Source: Camelus dromedarius (taxonomy: Eukaryota). Taken from it: a DNA stretch of 64,000 bases. Where the stretch lies: contig NC_087447.1 of assembly GCF_036321535.1 (NCBI RefSeq), positions 38,442,001 through 38,506,000 on the forward strand. The letters are read 5' to 3'. A model generated the notes under the pieces. That model was not told the DNA's origin. It saw only the letters and a list, made by a program, of their open reading frames with translations, and did not search any database. Positions within the stretch are counted from its first letter, which is position 1, and every line of letters starts with the position of its first letter. Made by a program: the position numbers and the translations under genes. Of this stretch, positions 13,750-24,723 are shown in pieces.

Positions 13750-14790
13750 AGTAGCAAAAAAAAAAAATTAAAATTATCAATTGACAAAGATCAATAAAAG
13801 GTTACCTGTTGTAGATTAAGGATTTAGAGTTGTGGGGACTCTCACACTACTACTGAAATTGTAAATCCACAAGCTGATTTAGTCATAAGTGTCATAAATT
13901 TTGACCCAGTAGTTACTTTTCAAGAAATTTTTCCTGATGGAGTAATTTGCTATAGGTGCAAAGATTCATATACACATTTTTATGGCAGTGTTACTTATAA
14001 TAAAATTTTGTAAATAATCTGTATGATCAGTAATAAAGATGGATTAAATAATGGTCCATGTCATTAAAATTAATTTTTAAGAGACTCTTTGGCAAGAAGG
14101 AAATACTCATTAAGTTAGGAGGGAAAAGCATATTATAAAATGGAATATACAATACAACAGATTTAATTAAATGTGCATAGGGGAAAAAGGACTCGAGTAA
14201 ACATCTGTGAGTGATTTTAATTATTTTTGTTTTTTTTCTTTTCTGTGTCTGAATTTTCTTCACTGAACATGCAGTATATACAGTAATAGGGAAAAGGAAT
14301 TTTAAAAATCCAGTGCTGTTGAGAGCACTCTTAAGGGAATACAATTGGTATAACTTTCTGGAGTACAGTTTGGTATTGTTTATCAACAGCCTAGCCTTAT
14401 CCTTTGACTTGCTAAGTATACCTCCAGGAATTTCCACCAAGGAAATGAGTAAGAACCGTAAAGATCTCTATACAAAGATACTTATCATTACATGATTTAT
14501 AATAGTGGCATGCTGTAATTGTCCTAAATAGGCCAGTGCTTAAAATATAGTTCATTACTGTAGTGTGCTTCAAACAGATCAATGCAGCCCATATAACATG
14601 ATTTAGAAATATATTATGGTACAGGAAGTATTTATACTATAATTTACCTGAGGAGATAGTATAAAACTTTGTATAGTATTGTCTTGATTTTCATCCTTAA
14701 AATAATAGAAAAACCAGTGGGAAGAGAGAGACCCAAATATTGAGTTGTTTTTTTCTTTATATTTTTATAAAATTTCTTCAGTGGCCACTA
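13750..14790 (+). mobile_element. Two decayed L1ME-type 3' fragments
   Basis: ttttgacccagtagttacttttcaagaa and aattggtataactttctggag..cagtttgg..ctttgac, typical of old L1 3' regions. Confidence 0.6.
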
Positions 14791-15384
14791 TTTTAGACTT
14801 AGGGAAGAAAGCTGTAAAAAATTTGCTAATTGACATAAAATGATACATAAAGCTCTTTGGTTATGATTTCCAGGGATATTTGAGCTCTTATTTTTAAGAG
14901 CTCTTGGTTTTTTTTCTTCTTTTTGGGGGTATGATTTGTTAGTGTCTTTATTTATCTATTAGCCTTTTAAATGAAAAAGCTGTTATATGTCTTTTATGTT
15001 TACTTCACTTAGTTTCGCTATTGTGTGGTAAAACACATAATAGACTACAAATCAGAATTTCTTCTGTCACTCACAGCTTAGAAAAAGATCATTTCCTTTA
15101 AGATCTGATACACCTTTTTTTATTCTTACCATCAGATTTTCTTATATTGTATATTTTATAAGGAATCTTATTTTGTGGCTTTTTATTTTGTTCCAGTGAT
15201 ATGTGTGATTTTTTTTAATCCATTGAAAAACTGGAGTGAAATATTTGTGAAAATTTCATTAAAAATATAAAAATTTTACTCTATCAATGCAAAGATATAA
15301 GCAATACAAAGATATGTAAAATAAGAAGTAAAAGCTTTCTACTCCACCTCTCTATTCTATTCCTGTTGACATTTTCGTTCAGTA

Positions 15385-16970
15385 GTAGTAACCACATACA
15401 ATAAAATGCATATTGTTAGATGAATTATGAATTTTGACAAATGTGTGTATCAGAACTATGTAACCATTGCCACAAGCAAGATATAGAACATTTCCATCAC
15501 CCCGAGAAAGTTCCTTGTGTCCCTTCCTGCTCAGTAACCTCCAGAGATAATGACTATGTTGATTCTGATTACCATAATTGAGTTTTGCCTAGTTTGGACT
15601 TTACATCATGGAATTATACAGTATGTACTCTTGAGTGTCTGTGATGTATGTTCTTGGCATAATGTTTTCAGGATTCATTGCTTGTTTGGGTAGTTTGTTC
15701 CTACTTGTTACTTGGTAGTGTTCCATGGTTTGTATATACCACATTTTGTCACTTACCTTTTGGTGGAATATTTGGGTTGTTTCCAGTTTTTAGGAACTGT
15801 GGCTAAAGATGCTCTGAACATTCATGTGCAAGTTGTTATATTGATTGGTATTTTCATTTCTCTTGGATTAAAACCAAATTGTGAATTATTAGGTTATATG
15901 GTAAGTGTTTAACTTGGGAAAACAGTTTTGCAGTTTCTTATGAAGACTCATACTATTTTATATTGCCACCAAAGATGCAGACATTCCACGGATCCTTACT
16001 GACACTTGGTGTTTTAGCCAGTCTAATCGGTGTGTAATGGTATCTCATTGTGCTTTTTTTTTTTTTTAATGAAGTACAGTCAGTTACAATGTGTCAGTTT
16101 CTGGTGTACAGCACATGTCCCAGTCATGCATATACATACATATATTCATTTTCATTAAAAGTTATTACAAGATATTGAATATAGTTCCCTGTACTATATG
16201 GAAGAAACTTTTTAAAATCTATTTTTATATATAGTGGCTAACATTTGCAAATCCTAAACTCCCAAATTTATCCCTTTCCACCCCCTTTCCCCAGTAACCA
16301 TAAGATTATTTACTATGTCTGCAAGTCTGTTTCTGTTTTGTGGATGACTTCATAGTGTCCTTTTTTCTTTTTTTTTAGATTCCACATATGAGTGATATCA
16401 TATGGTATTTTTTTTTCTCTTTCTGGCTTACTTCACTTATGATGATCTCCAAGTCCATCCATGTTGCTGTAAATGACATCTTTTTATGGTTGAGTAGTAT
16501 TCCATTGTATAAATATACCACAACTTCTTTATCCAGTCATCTGTCACTGGACATTTAGGTTGCTTCCATGTCTTGGCTATTGTATATAGTGCTGCTATAA
16601 ACACTGGGGTATATGTATGTTTTTGAATTAGACTTCACTCTGGGTATATGCCCAGAAGTGGGATTGCTAGATCATAGGGTAAGTCTGTTTTGAGTTGAGA
16701 AGTCTCCATACTGTTTTCCATAATGGATGCACCAAATTACATTCCCACCAGCAGTGTTGGAGGGAATTTTCCACATTATTGTGGTTTTAATTTGCTTTTC
16801 TTTAACTGATTTTGTGCATATATTGGCCATTTGTATAGCTTCTTTTGTATTAGTTCAAATCTTTTGTCTTGAAAATTTGTTGCTTGTCACTGAGTTGTAA
16901 GAGTTCTTACATTTGGAACACGAATCCTTTGTCAGCTGTGTATTACAAATATTTTCACCTTGCCCCTTTG
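15385..16970 (-). mobile_element. L1MB/L1MC-type 3' end, interrupted by a younger L1
   Basis: aagatatagaacatttccatcacccc, tttgggttgtttccagttttt; the host sequence resumes at attgtggttttaatttgc after the insert. Confidence 0.8.
16058..16777 (-). mobile_element. Young cetartiodactyl/camelid-type L1 3' end (~720 bp)
   Basis: Poly(T) then gaagtacagtcagttacaatgtgtcagtttctggtgtacagc; TSD attgtgctttt (16047-16057) / attgtggtttt (16778-16788) at a TTTT/AA site. Confidence 0.9.
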
Positions 16971-18289
16971 TTTCTTCCTTTTTAATATTTATATCCCATT
17001 TTTTTTATAGTTATATTGCTTTGGCCAGAAGTTTAAAAGTTTTAAAATAACAAAATAGTGTGAACACAGGTGGTGTTTTTGTTTTGCTACTGTTTTTTAT
17101 TTCTTCATCATGTAGAATACTTAAACATTTTTTGCTTATGTTAAATGACATAGTCCTTTTGTTTAATGTTATTGTTAACAATGTAATTTTATCAGATGCT
17201 CATTTGGCATCTGTAAAAAAGGATCCTGTTTGTTTTTATTAACCCATTATTGTAGTATCTCTAGTGTTGAATTGTTCTTACATACCAGGACATGTACCAC
17301 TTCATTAGAGTATATTTATTTAGCACACTGAGGAATTTATGTACTATCATTTTACCTGATAAGTTTCTTGTTTATTTCATTAAGTTGTGTTATATGGGTT
17401 TGTGTCTCTTGTTTCCATTTTCTGGGTACACAAAACCTGTGATCAAGACAAATATGGTATTTGTCTTTAGGATGAATTGGATAGGATGTTTATCTTCACA
17501 TTCTTCAAGAGTTTTAAATTTTATGTTCTTTAAAAATCAGTTTACTGCTGTTGCCATGAATCTAGATACTCATTTTTGTTGATAGTTCTTAGGCAATTTT
17601 GTCCATTTTTATCTTTTACTGATTGGTTTTCTATCTCTTGAGACACACTAGCTTTGTGTGTAATTATGTTTTTTTCATTTTAAATTTTGATGTGAAAAAC
17701 ATTACCTTAATTAAGCTTCTCAATTTTATCATATGGCTGTGTAAGACTATCTTGTTATAGCCTCTTTCCCTTAAATATGTTTATTATCTAAACTTTTTTT
17801 TTTTTTTGGAGTATTACTACGTGTCAACATACTGCCTGTACTTTTTCAGGGAATCTAAGATGATTAAGACATCCCTGCCCAGTGATACACATTTAGATTT
17901 TCTAGAATGAGTATCTCTTCCCCCCCCCAACTCCTCAGTACCAGTTCTTAAGTTGTCAGTGCTTTCAGTTATTCTGTTCTGTTTTCCTTTGTGTTTAGTA
18001 GTTTTCTGAAATCTTTTAATTTATTGCTTTGTTTTGTATTTTGATGAACACATTCAAAATTATGATTTCACCTGTGAATACTGCATTAGTCATGTTGGTA
18101 TTTGTTGAACTCTTGTGCCTTTATTTCCTAAATTAAAACTTTCCTCATTTAAATTTTTATTGTATTATAATAAATACTTGAAATTTAAGTCTGTTGATCT
18201 CTGCGTTTTTGTTTTTATTTTTGGCAGTGTGGCCAGGGACTTGGAATTTTTAGACATTAGGAAAGATATTTTTCTTGTCTGTAGTGCTT

Positions 18290-18468
18290 GAATAGCTCTA
18301 AAGGTTGAGGGGCCTGAAGCTTATGTGGTTTTGGGGATCCTCTTTAAGAAAGACTACAGAATTATGTACATAGGTGAATATTTGTTTAAAATGAGGAAAG
18401 AGACAACTGTGTAAATGAAGGCCCTTAAAGCCCCAGTCTTCATTCATTTTATGGTGCATCTGCCTCTG
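18290..18468. mobile_element. MER53-like hAT MITE
   Basis: ggggcctgaagctta..ctctttaagaaa..ggcccttaaagc..atctgcctctg match recalled MER53. Confidence 0.65.
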
Positions 18469-18544
18469 CTTTAAAGTATAAAATTTGGTTTATGTATCTG
18501 ACTCTTCATTAATTTTATTTATATCTTTTGTGTGCTGTATTTTT

Positions 18545-18737
18545 TTCTTTTTCTTATTTTTATTGAAGTATAGTCGATTCATAATGTGTTAGTTTCTGGT
18601 ACATAGCAGTGATTCAGTGTATATGTGTATATATACACAACATACACATATTTCTTTCATATTATTTTTCATTATAGTTTATTGCAAGATACTGAACACA
18701 GTTCCCTTTGCTATACAGTAGGACCTTATTTTCCATC
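18545..18737 (-). mobile_element. Short 5'-truncated cetartiodactyl-type L1 3' end
   Basis: ttttattgaagtatagtcgatt..gttccctttgctatacagtaggacctt; 17-bp TSD ttgtgt(g/c)ctgtattttt at 18528-18544 and 18738-18754. Confidence 0.85.
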
Positions 18738-19021
18738 TTGTGTCCTGTATTTTTGATTTCGTGCTGCAATGTTTTTCTTAACTTCCAGTGTATCAAATAG
18801 TTTTGCATTGATTTATACTTCTTGTTGCATAAATAATTTTGTTTCCATTATTGCAAAATGGCATTATAAAATCTCACGATGGCTCTTGCCAAATACATTT
18901 TACCTCCTTGATATTGATGTTTTCATCCTTAGTTTCCTCTGTTGACTAAACTTGATGCATATTTTTGCTCACCCTTTTACTGCTAGCCTTGTGTTTTTTA
19001 AGCACCGCATTGTTCAATTTT

Positions 19022-19136
19022 TAATTAATTAAATTTGGGGGGGAATAATTAGGTTATTTATTTATTTAAGGGAGGTACTGGGGATTGAACCCAGTAGAGT
19101 GCTCAACACTCTACCACTGAGCTATATACCCTCCCC
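19022..19136 (-). mobile_element. tRNA-derived SINE, vic-1-like (camelid)
   Basis: Reverse strand GGGGAGGGTATATAGCTCAGTGGTAGAG (A box)..GGTTCAATCCCCAGTACCTCC (B box)..AAATAAATAACCTAATTA tail; TSD attgttcaatttt / attattcagtttt. Confidence 0.85.
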
Positions 19137-21499
19137 ATTATTCAGTTTTATTTGAAAAGAAATTCTATTGAGCCTCTTTGTTTCTAAGGAAGCCTTTTAT
19201 TTTTATTATGATTATTTTGGTCTCAGTTTGGCCTCTTCGTATTTTTCCCTCCGTACTTCTATGTTTGACTTGCCTTTATTTTCCAGCGACTTTTAAGGAG
19301 TAAAATCTATTTTTATTCCCTGCATGTGTGTGTGTGTTGGGGGGGGGGGTAGGGGATGGACAGGGAGATAAAGTTTTCATTCATGAAATGTTTTTCTCTA
19401 ATGAGTTGTGGTTGTGAGTATAAATCTATGAGTATATATGAATCTGTGTAGGGTTGGTTGGAAGAGAGGAAAATTAGGTACTGTACATTTTCTTTTCCCC
19501 TAAAGCATTTAGAGATTCATTAAGTAGGGGAGAATTTATGTTGTTTGAATTATGTTGCATGAATTTATATTGTCACAGTTCTGGTTGCAGTTTCATAACT
19601 TGACTTCGGATAAAATCAATTGAGACTTACAACCAGTTATTTTCCTGGAGTAAAATTTTAGTCCCTGCATTCTTCTGGGGTCCTTTTAGATGAGAGAAAG
19701 AGAAGAGAGAGAGAGAGTCAGTCTGTCTGTGTCTATCTGTCTACAGGCTTAGTTTGCTTAGTTTATTGGTGCAAATTAAAAGGCAGTTTTGTTAGTACAA
19801 TAAAAATGCTTCTGAACCTAACACAACACTACTTATCTTTCCTAGTGTGAGTAATCTGTATTTATTCTTTAAATATTTAGGAAGGCCCTGAAACTGATTT
19901 GGCGCCTCACCCCAGGTGGAATAAAGTTAGTAAGTAGATAGAATGAGACTTTCCTCCTGCCCCTCTTAACTCTGAAGAAGACAGCTTCCTTTATTTTGCA
20001 TTTTTGGGTGATGGTTATAGCACTTGTTTTGAGGTTTGACCACCCTCTGTTCAGCTATTTTTATTTTTACATGTCACTTTGAGTATACTGAGTGCTGTTT
20101 TAACTATAGTATCTTCTGTAATGAAATTCATGCATGCACATTATGTCTTAAGACACCACTGTTGTTTTGCCTTAATTTGGTTTAATTGGTTAATGCTATT
20201 TCTGCTTCATCTGAAATTTTTTTTTAACAAGTCAATGCCAATTTTCCACAGGTAAACTGAATAGCAGAATCATAGATTGATAGATTTGCAGTGTTTGTTT
20301 TCTCTGTTTAACATGTAAATGATTTAAGACATGACGTGAGTTTCAACTGCTTGGTTTGCTAAGTGTCCCCACCTTCCTACCCACAGCACCTCAGTAGAGG
20401 ACAGACATTTTACTCTTGCTGAAAACTATGTCCTAAATTGAATTGAAACTCCTGGTTTTGTTATGTCATTTGGAATAAACGTATAGGAGAACTTTTACCC
20501 CTTAAAATTATTTTTCTCATCACTGTTTAGCTTTCAAAGGGCTTACTAAACAAATTTTAGAATCAGTGAAACTTAATATATTATTTTAGGTTGAATATTT
20601 ATAGTCTTTTCTAAAACTTCATTAGCATTGGAAAGCATATATTCCTTGAAATAAGTTTTATTCTCACAACAATTGGTGTAGTTGAGTTTAATCTAGTATG
20701 TGCCATAACCTTTTATTTAAAATTAAAATGTGTAAAATAGTTAACAATTGCATACTTCTTGGCACAGAAACTCAGTGTACAAAATACTAAAAATTATATA
20801 GTAACATTTTGGAAGCTATATAATCTAGTTTTAAGTTGTTACTATTTCTGGTTTTATGAAAAAGTAAGTAAATCATTAGGTTTATGCCCTGAGATTTTCA
20901 GATTTGTGTATTTTCTGTTGAAGCCTTTACTGCTGTTTTTGTGTTCCATTTAATGGGATAATAAAGTCATTTTTGTGCTATTCAAGGCAAGAAAACTAGA
21001 TTCTTTGAAGAGATTCTAATACATCTCTGTTTTGCTTAATGCTTTCCTGTACTATTCCCAGGCAGAAGGTCTTAAATTTGAAGTAGATGAGAGATGCCTA
21101 GTGAGATTCTAAATTCCATCCTCCCTCAAAATGGGATCAGTTACTGCTTCTTCCCCAACTCCTACTCCAATTCATAATTGGTCAGTGGATTTTATGCCAA
21201 AATTACCATTTTATAAACCAAGTAGATATACTAGAAGAAATCTGTTGTACAATAGCAAGCAAAAAACACAGTTCTTCCACACACTTAAACAATGTGTAAT
21301 ATCCATATCAGGATACGTAAAAATGCCACCACAGTTCACGTAGAAGATTTAAGTAAATAGAAAAGCACACTATATTCTTGGATTTGAAGTTTCAGGTTCT
21401 TAGCTATCAATTCTAGAACTTATTCTACAAATTTAATGGCATTCTATAAAAAAAAAAAGAAACTAAAAAAGACTAGAAAAAACCTCCACCAGATGCTCT

Positions 21500-21620
21500 G
21501 TTGAGGTATTAGTATAGGCTCACTTTATAGATCAGTAAAATGAAGTTCAGAAATCAAGTAACCTCTCCAAGATCACAAAGCCAGGAAGTTATTGAAGCAA
21601 GACATCACAAGAAGATGAGT
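21500..21620 (-). mobile_element. MIR fragment
   Basis: cactttatagatcagtaaaatgaagttcaga..aagtaacctctccaagatcaca. Confidence 0.7.
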
Positions 21621-22049
21621 TTGAGGGCTCAGATATGATAGCTAATATTTAGTAAAGAAGCATGTACATTACTAAACATTACCGTAGGCAAAGTACTGTT
21701 TATTTTCTCAACTAGAAGAGCAACTAAACATACTTAGAAAGTCAAAATTTGCGAGACTTTTGTAGGGTGGTTCTAGAGCTAATGCATGCTGTATTTATAT
21801 ATTCATAGATCCTTCATAATTCCCTCCTGCCAATTTCACTTCCTCCTACATGCATAAGCAGTTGTTCCAGCATCACTTATTGACTAATCTGTTCTTCCCC
21901 TATGATCCACTATTCTACATTTTTATATATCAAATTAGATGTGTGAAATTTTGTTTTGGCCTGTTTTATTAGTCTTTTTGCTTGTTCCTGTGTCAGTTCT
22001 ACTCTATCTTAATTTTATAAATGGTTAGGATAAGCTTCAGTACTCTGCT

Positions 22050-22170
22050 CAGTCAATAAAAGTTTCACTGAACAAATATCTATTGGTTAACTACTATGTG
22101 CCAGGAACTGTGTAGGTGTTGGGAAAATAACACTGAACAAAACAAAAAAGTCTCATGGAGATTACTCTTG
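22050..22170 (-). mobile_element. L2 3' end within decayed antisense L1
   Basis: aacaaatatctattgg..ctactatgtgccaggaactgtgtagg..ctcatggag. Confidence 0.7.
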
Positions 22171-22626
22171 TAAAGAATTTTTTAGGTATTTGTCTTGTTT
22201 ATAAATTTTAGAATCAGCTTGCAAGTTCCATGAAAAACCTGATGTAGCTTTTTACATTTTAAATTATATCAGATAAGGGAAAACTGATGTTTTGACAATT
22301 CTGTCCGTGAAAATAGAATGCTTTTCCAGTTATATGTATCTCCTCCCCTCCCCTTTTTTGGCCTCTAGTTTAAAGCTTTATAGTTTCTTTCCATAAAGGT
22401 CTAGAATATATTTTATTTGATTTATTCCCAGTTATCTTCTATTTGACTTAAGTTTTCTAAGGGATTGTATACAGAAGTGGCTTTTTTTTGCGGGGTGGGG
22501 GAGGGTGGTGGCTGGGGGCTATGTAGATTTATTTTTGTATCCAAATACCTTGCAGAGCTCTAATCCCCATAATTATTTTGTATATTCTGTAGGGTGTTCT
22601 CTGTAGATGACTGTTATTATCAAATA

Positions 22627-22836
22627 CAGTTGACCTTTGAACAACACAGGGGCTAGAGATACCTGAACCTCCTTGTAATCGAAAATATGCATATAGGTTA
22701 TAGTTGGCCTTCTGTAAAGGTGGTTCCTCTGTCAACTAACTGTGGATCATGTAGTATTGTAGTATTTACTATTGAAAAAAAATCCACATGTAAGTAGACC
22801 CATACATTCAAACCTGTGTTGTTGAAGGGTCAACTG
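22627..22836. mobile_element. Tigger2/MER8-type TcMar MITE, complete (210 bp)
   Basis: 24-bp terminal inverted repeats CAGTTGACCYTTSAACAACACAGG (2 mismatches) with TA on both sides. Confidence 0.9.
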
Positions 22837-23021
22837 TAATTTGTGTGTGTTTATAAGTGTGTGTGAAAGAAATGGAAAATTTTATTTGTGCCAACCTGGT
22901 AGTCAGTCTTTCAGAAACTCAGGACTGTTCCAAATGTAATTTGTTTTTAATTCTTATACCATTTTGTTTTCTTATCTTACATTATATTGGCGATCCTAAC
23001 TAATGCAGTAATAGTTGTGGA

Positions 23022-23692
23022 CTTTTTAAAAACTGAAGTGTAGTTGATGTACAACATTGTATGTCACAGGTGTACAACATAGTAATTCACAATCTCTAAA
23101 GGTTATACTCCATTTATAATCTAAAATATTGGCTGTATTCTCTGTATTGTCCAGTACATCCTTGTAGCTTATTTTATACATAATAATATGTACCTCTTAA
23201 TCCTCACCCATATATTGCCCCTTTCTCCTTCCTTCTCCTCGCTGGTAACCACTAGTTTGTTCTGTGAGTCTGCTTTTTTTTTTGTTTGTTGTTGTTGTTA
23301 TATTTACTAGTTTGTTGTATTTTTTAGATTCCATGTATAAATGATACATAGTATTTGTCTTTCCTTGCCTGACTTACTTCACTTAGCATAATACCCTCCA
23401 AGTCATCCATGTTTTTGCAAATGGCAAAATTTCATTCTTTATAGCCGAGTAGTAATCCATTGTGTGTGTGTGTGTGTGTGTATACACACTTTATCTTTTT
23501 TATCCCTTCATCTGTTGATGGACACTTAGGTTGCTTCCATTATCTTGGCAATTGTAAATAATGCTGCTATGAATATTGGGGTGCATGTATCTTTGCAAAT
23601 TAATGTTTTTGATTTTTGTGGATATATACCCAGGAGTGGAGTAGCTGGGTCATATGGTAGTTCTAGTTTTAGTTTTTTGAGAAACCTCCATA
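23022..23692 (-). mobile_element. Cetartiodactyl-type L1 3' end with an internal (TG)n
   Basis: gaagtgtagttgatgtacaa..aaaggttatactccattta..ttttagattcca..gagaaacctccata. Confidence 0.85.
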
Positions 23693-23699
23693 ATAGTGG

Positions 23700-24248
23700 A
23701 AAGACTTATTCTTGACTTTAAAGAGTTCCACTGTTTAAAAAAATGTTGTCTGCTATAATTGTGGTCTCCTTACTGTGGACTTTGAGGATAAATTTCCTTT
23801 AATCTATTCATATGATGAATTATATTTGTAATTTTTTTTCAAAAAGTCTATGTATCACTGTATTCCTAGATCCCTGGGGATACATCAGTCATAATGTATA
23901 TTCTTGTTTGTGTATTGTTGCATTCTGTTTGCTAATATTCTGTTTGTGGGCTTTTTTTTTCCCCATCTATGGTTTTTAGTGAAGTTAGACTATAGTTTTT
24001 ATTTTTCATAATGTCCTTGTCTGGTTTTGGTATCTTGGTTATACAGGCCTCGTGAGTTGGGGAGTATTTCCTCCTTTTCTGTTCTGTGGAAGAATTGTGT
24101 AATATTGGAATTAACCTGCTCCTTGAAAGTTTGGAAGAACTGGCTTTTACAACTTTTAGGCCTGTCTTTTTTGGGTATGTGTGACAAGGTTCTTTTGTTT
24201 CTTAGTTTTTCCTCTTTTATTGGTCCTAGAACTGTTCAAGCTTTTTTC
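23700..24248 (-). mobile_element. Old L1 ORF2 fragment
   Basis: tccttgtctggttttggtatc..tggggagtatttcctcc..aaagtttggaagaac. Confidence 0.7.
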
Positions 24249-24616
24249 TGATAATTCTATCCCCAAATAAGGGTGAGCTCAAGTGAGAGAAGGGAGCATT
24301 TATTGATAAGAAAACATAGAAAATGCAGTATTTCAGGAATGAGTTAGATTTCAGTTAGACACTAAACTTTGGGCCAGCAGCAAGTTGGGGAATGGAGAGG
24401 GAGCTAAATCTGAGATTTCTCTCATTAAGAGGGATTCCTCCAACCAGGCTGAAGTGGTCATAGGTAGGCTAAAATGGTCTTAGTAGACAGCCCCCTGCTC
24501 TCCCTACTCTCACTCACTTCTGAATGATGAAACCAATGGGCACTAACAGAATACAAGACAGGGCAGAAAATAAAAATAACAGATTTAGGCTCCACTCATA
24601 CTCTGTGCAAGGGACT

Positions 24617-24723
24617 TCAGATATTTTGATAGTTTTTGATCATTTTCAGAGTGTCAGCAGAAAGAATGGAGTCAGATATTTTGAGAGTTTTTGATCATTT
24701 TCAGAGTGTCAGCATAAAGAATG
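24617..24723. repeat. Tandem duplication, 52-bp copies at 55-bp period
   Basis: tcagatattttga(t/g)agtttttgatcattttcagagtgtcagca(g/t)aaagaatg at 24617-24668 and 24672-24723. Confidence 0.95.

Noticed and set aside
19060..19136. tRNA gene-like A and B boxes
   Set aside because: No intact cloverleaf or anticodon arm; A-rich tail and TSD show it is a SINE
23009..23710. TSD for the L1 at 23022-23692 (taatagt..gactt on both sides)
   Set aside because: Too degenerate to call with confidence
24617..24723. CRISPR-like repeat-spacer reading of the direct repeats (also 42912-42985)
   Set aside because: Only two adjacent copies, no unique spacers, no cas genes, mammalian context
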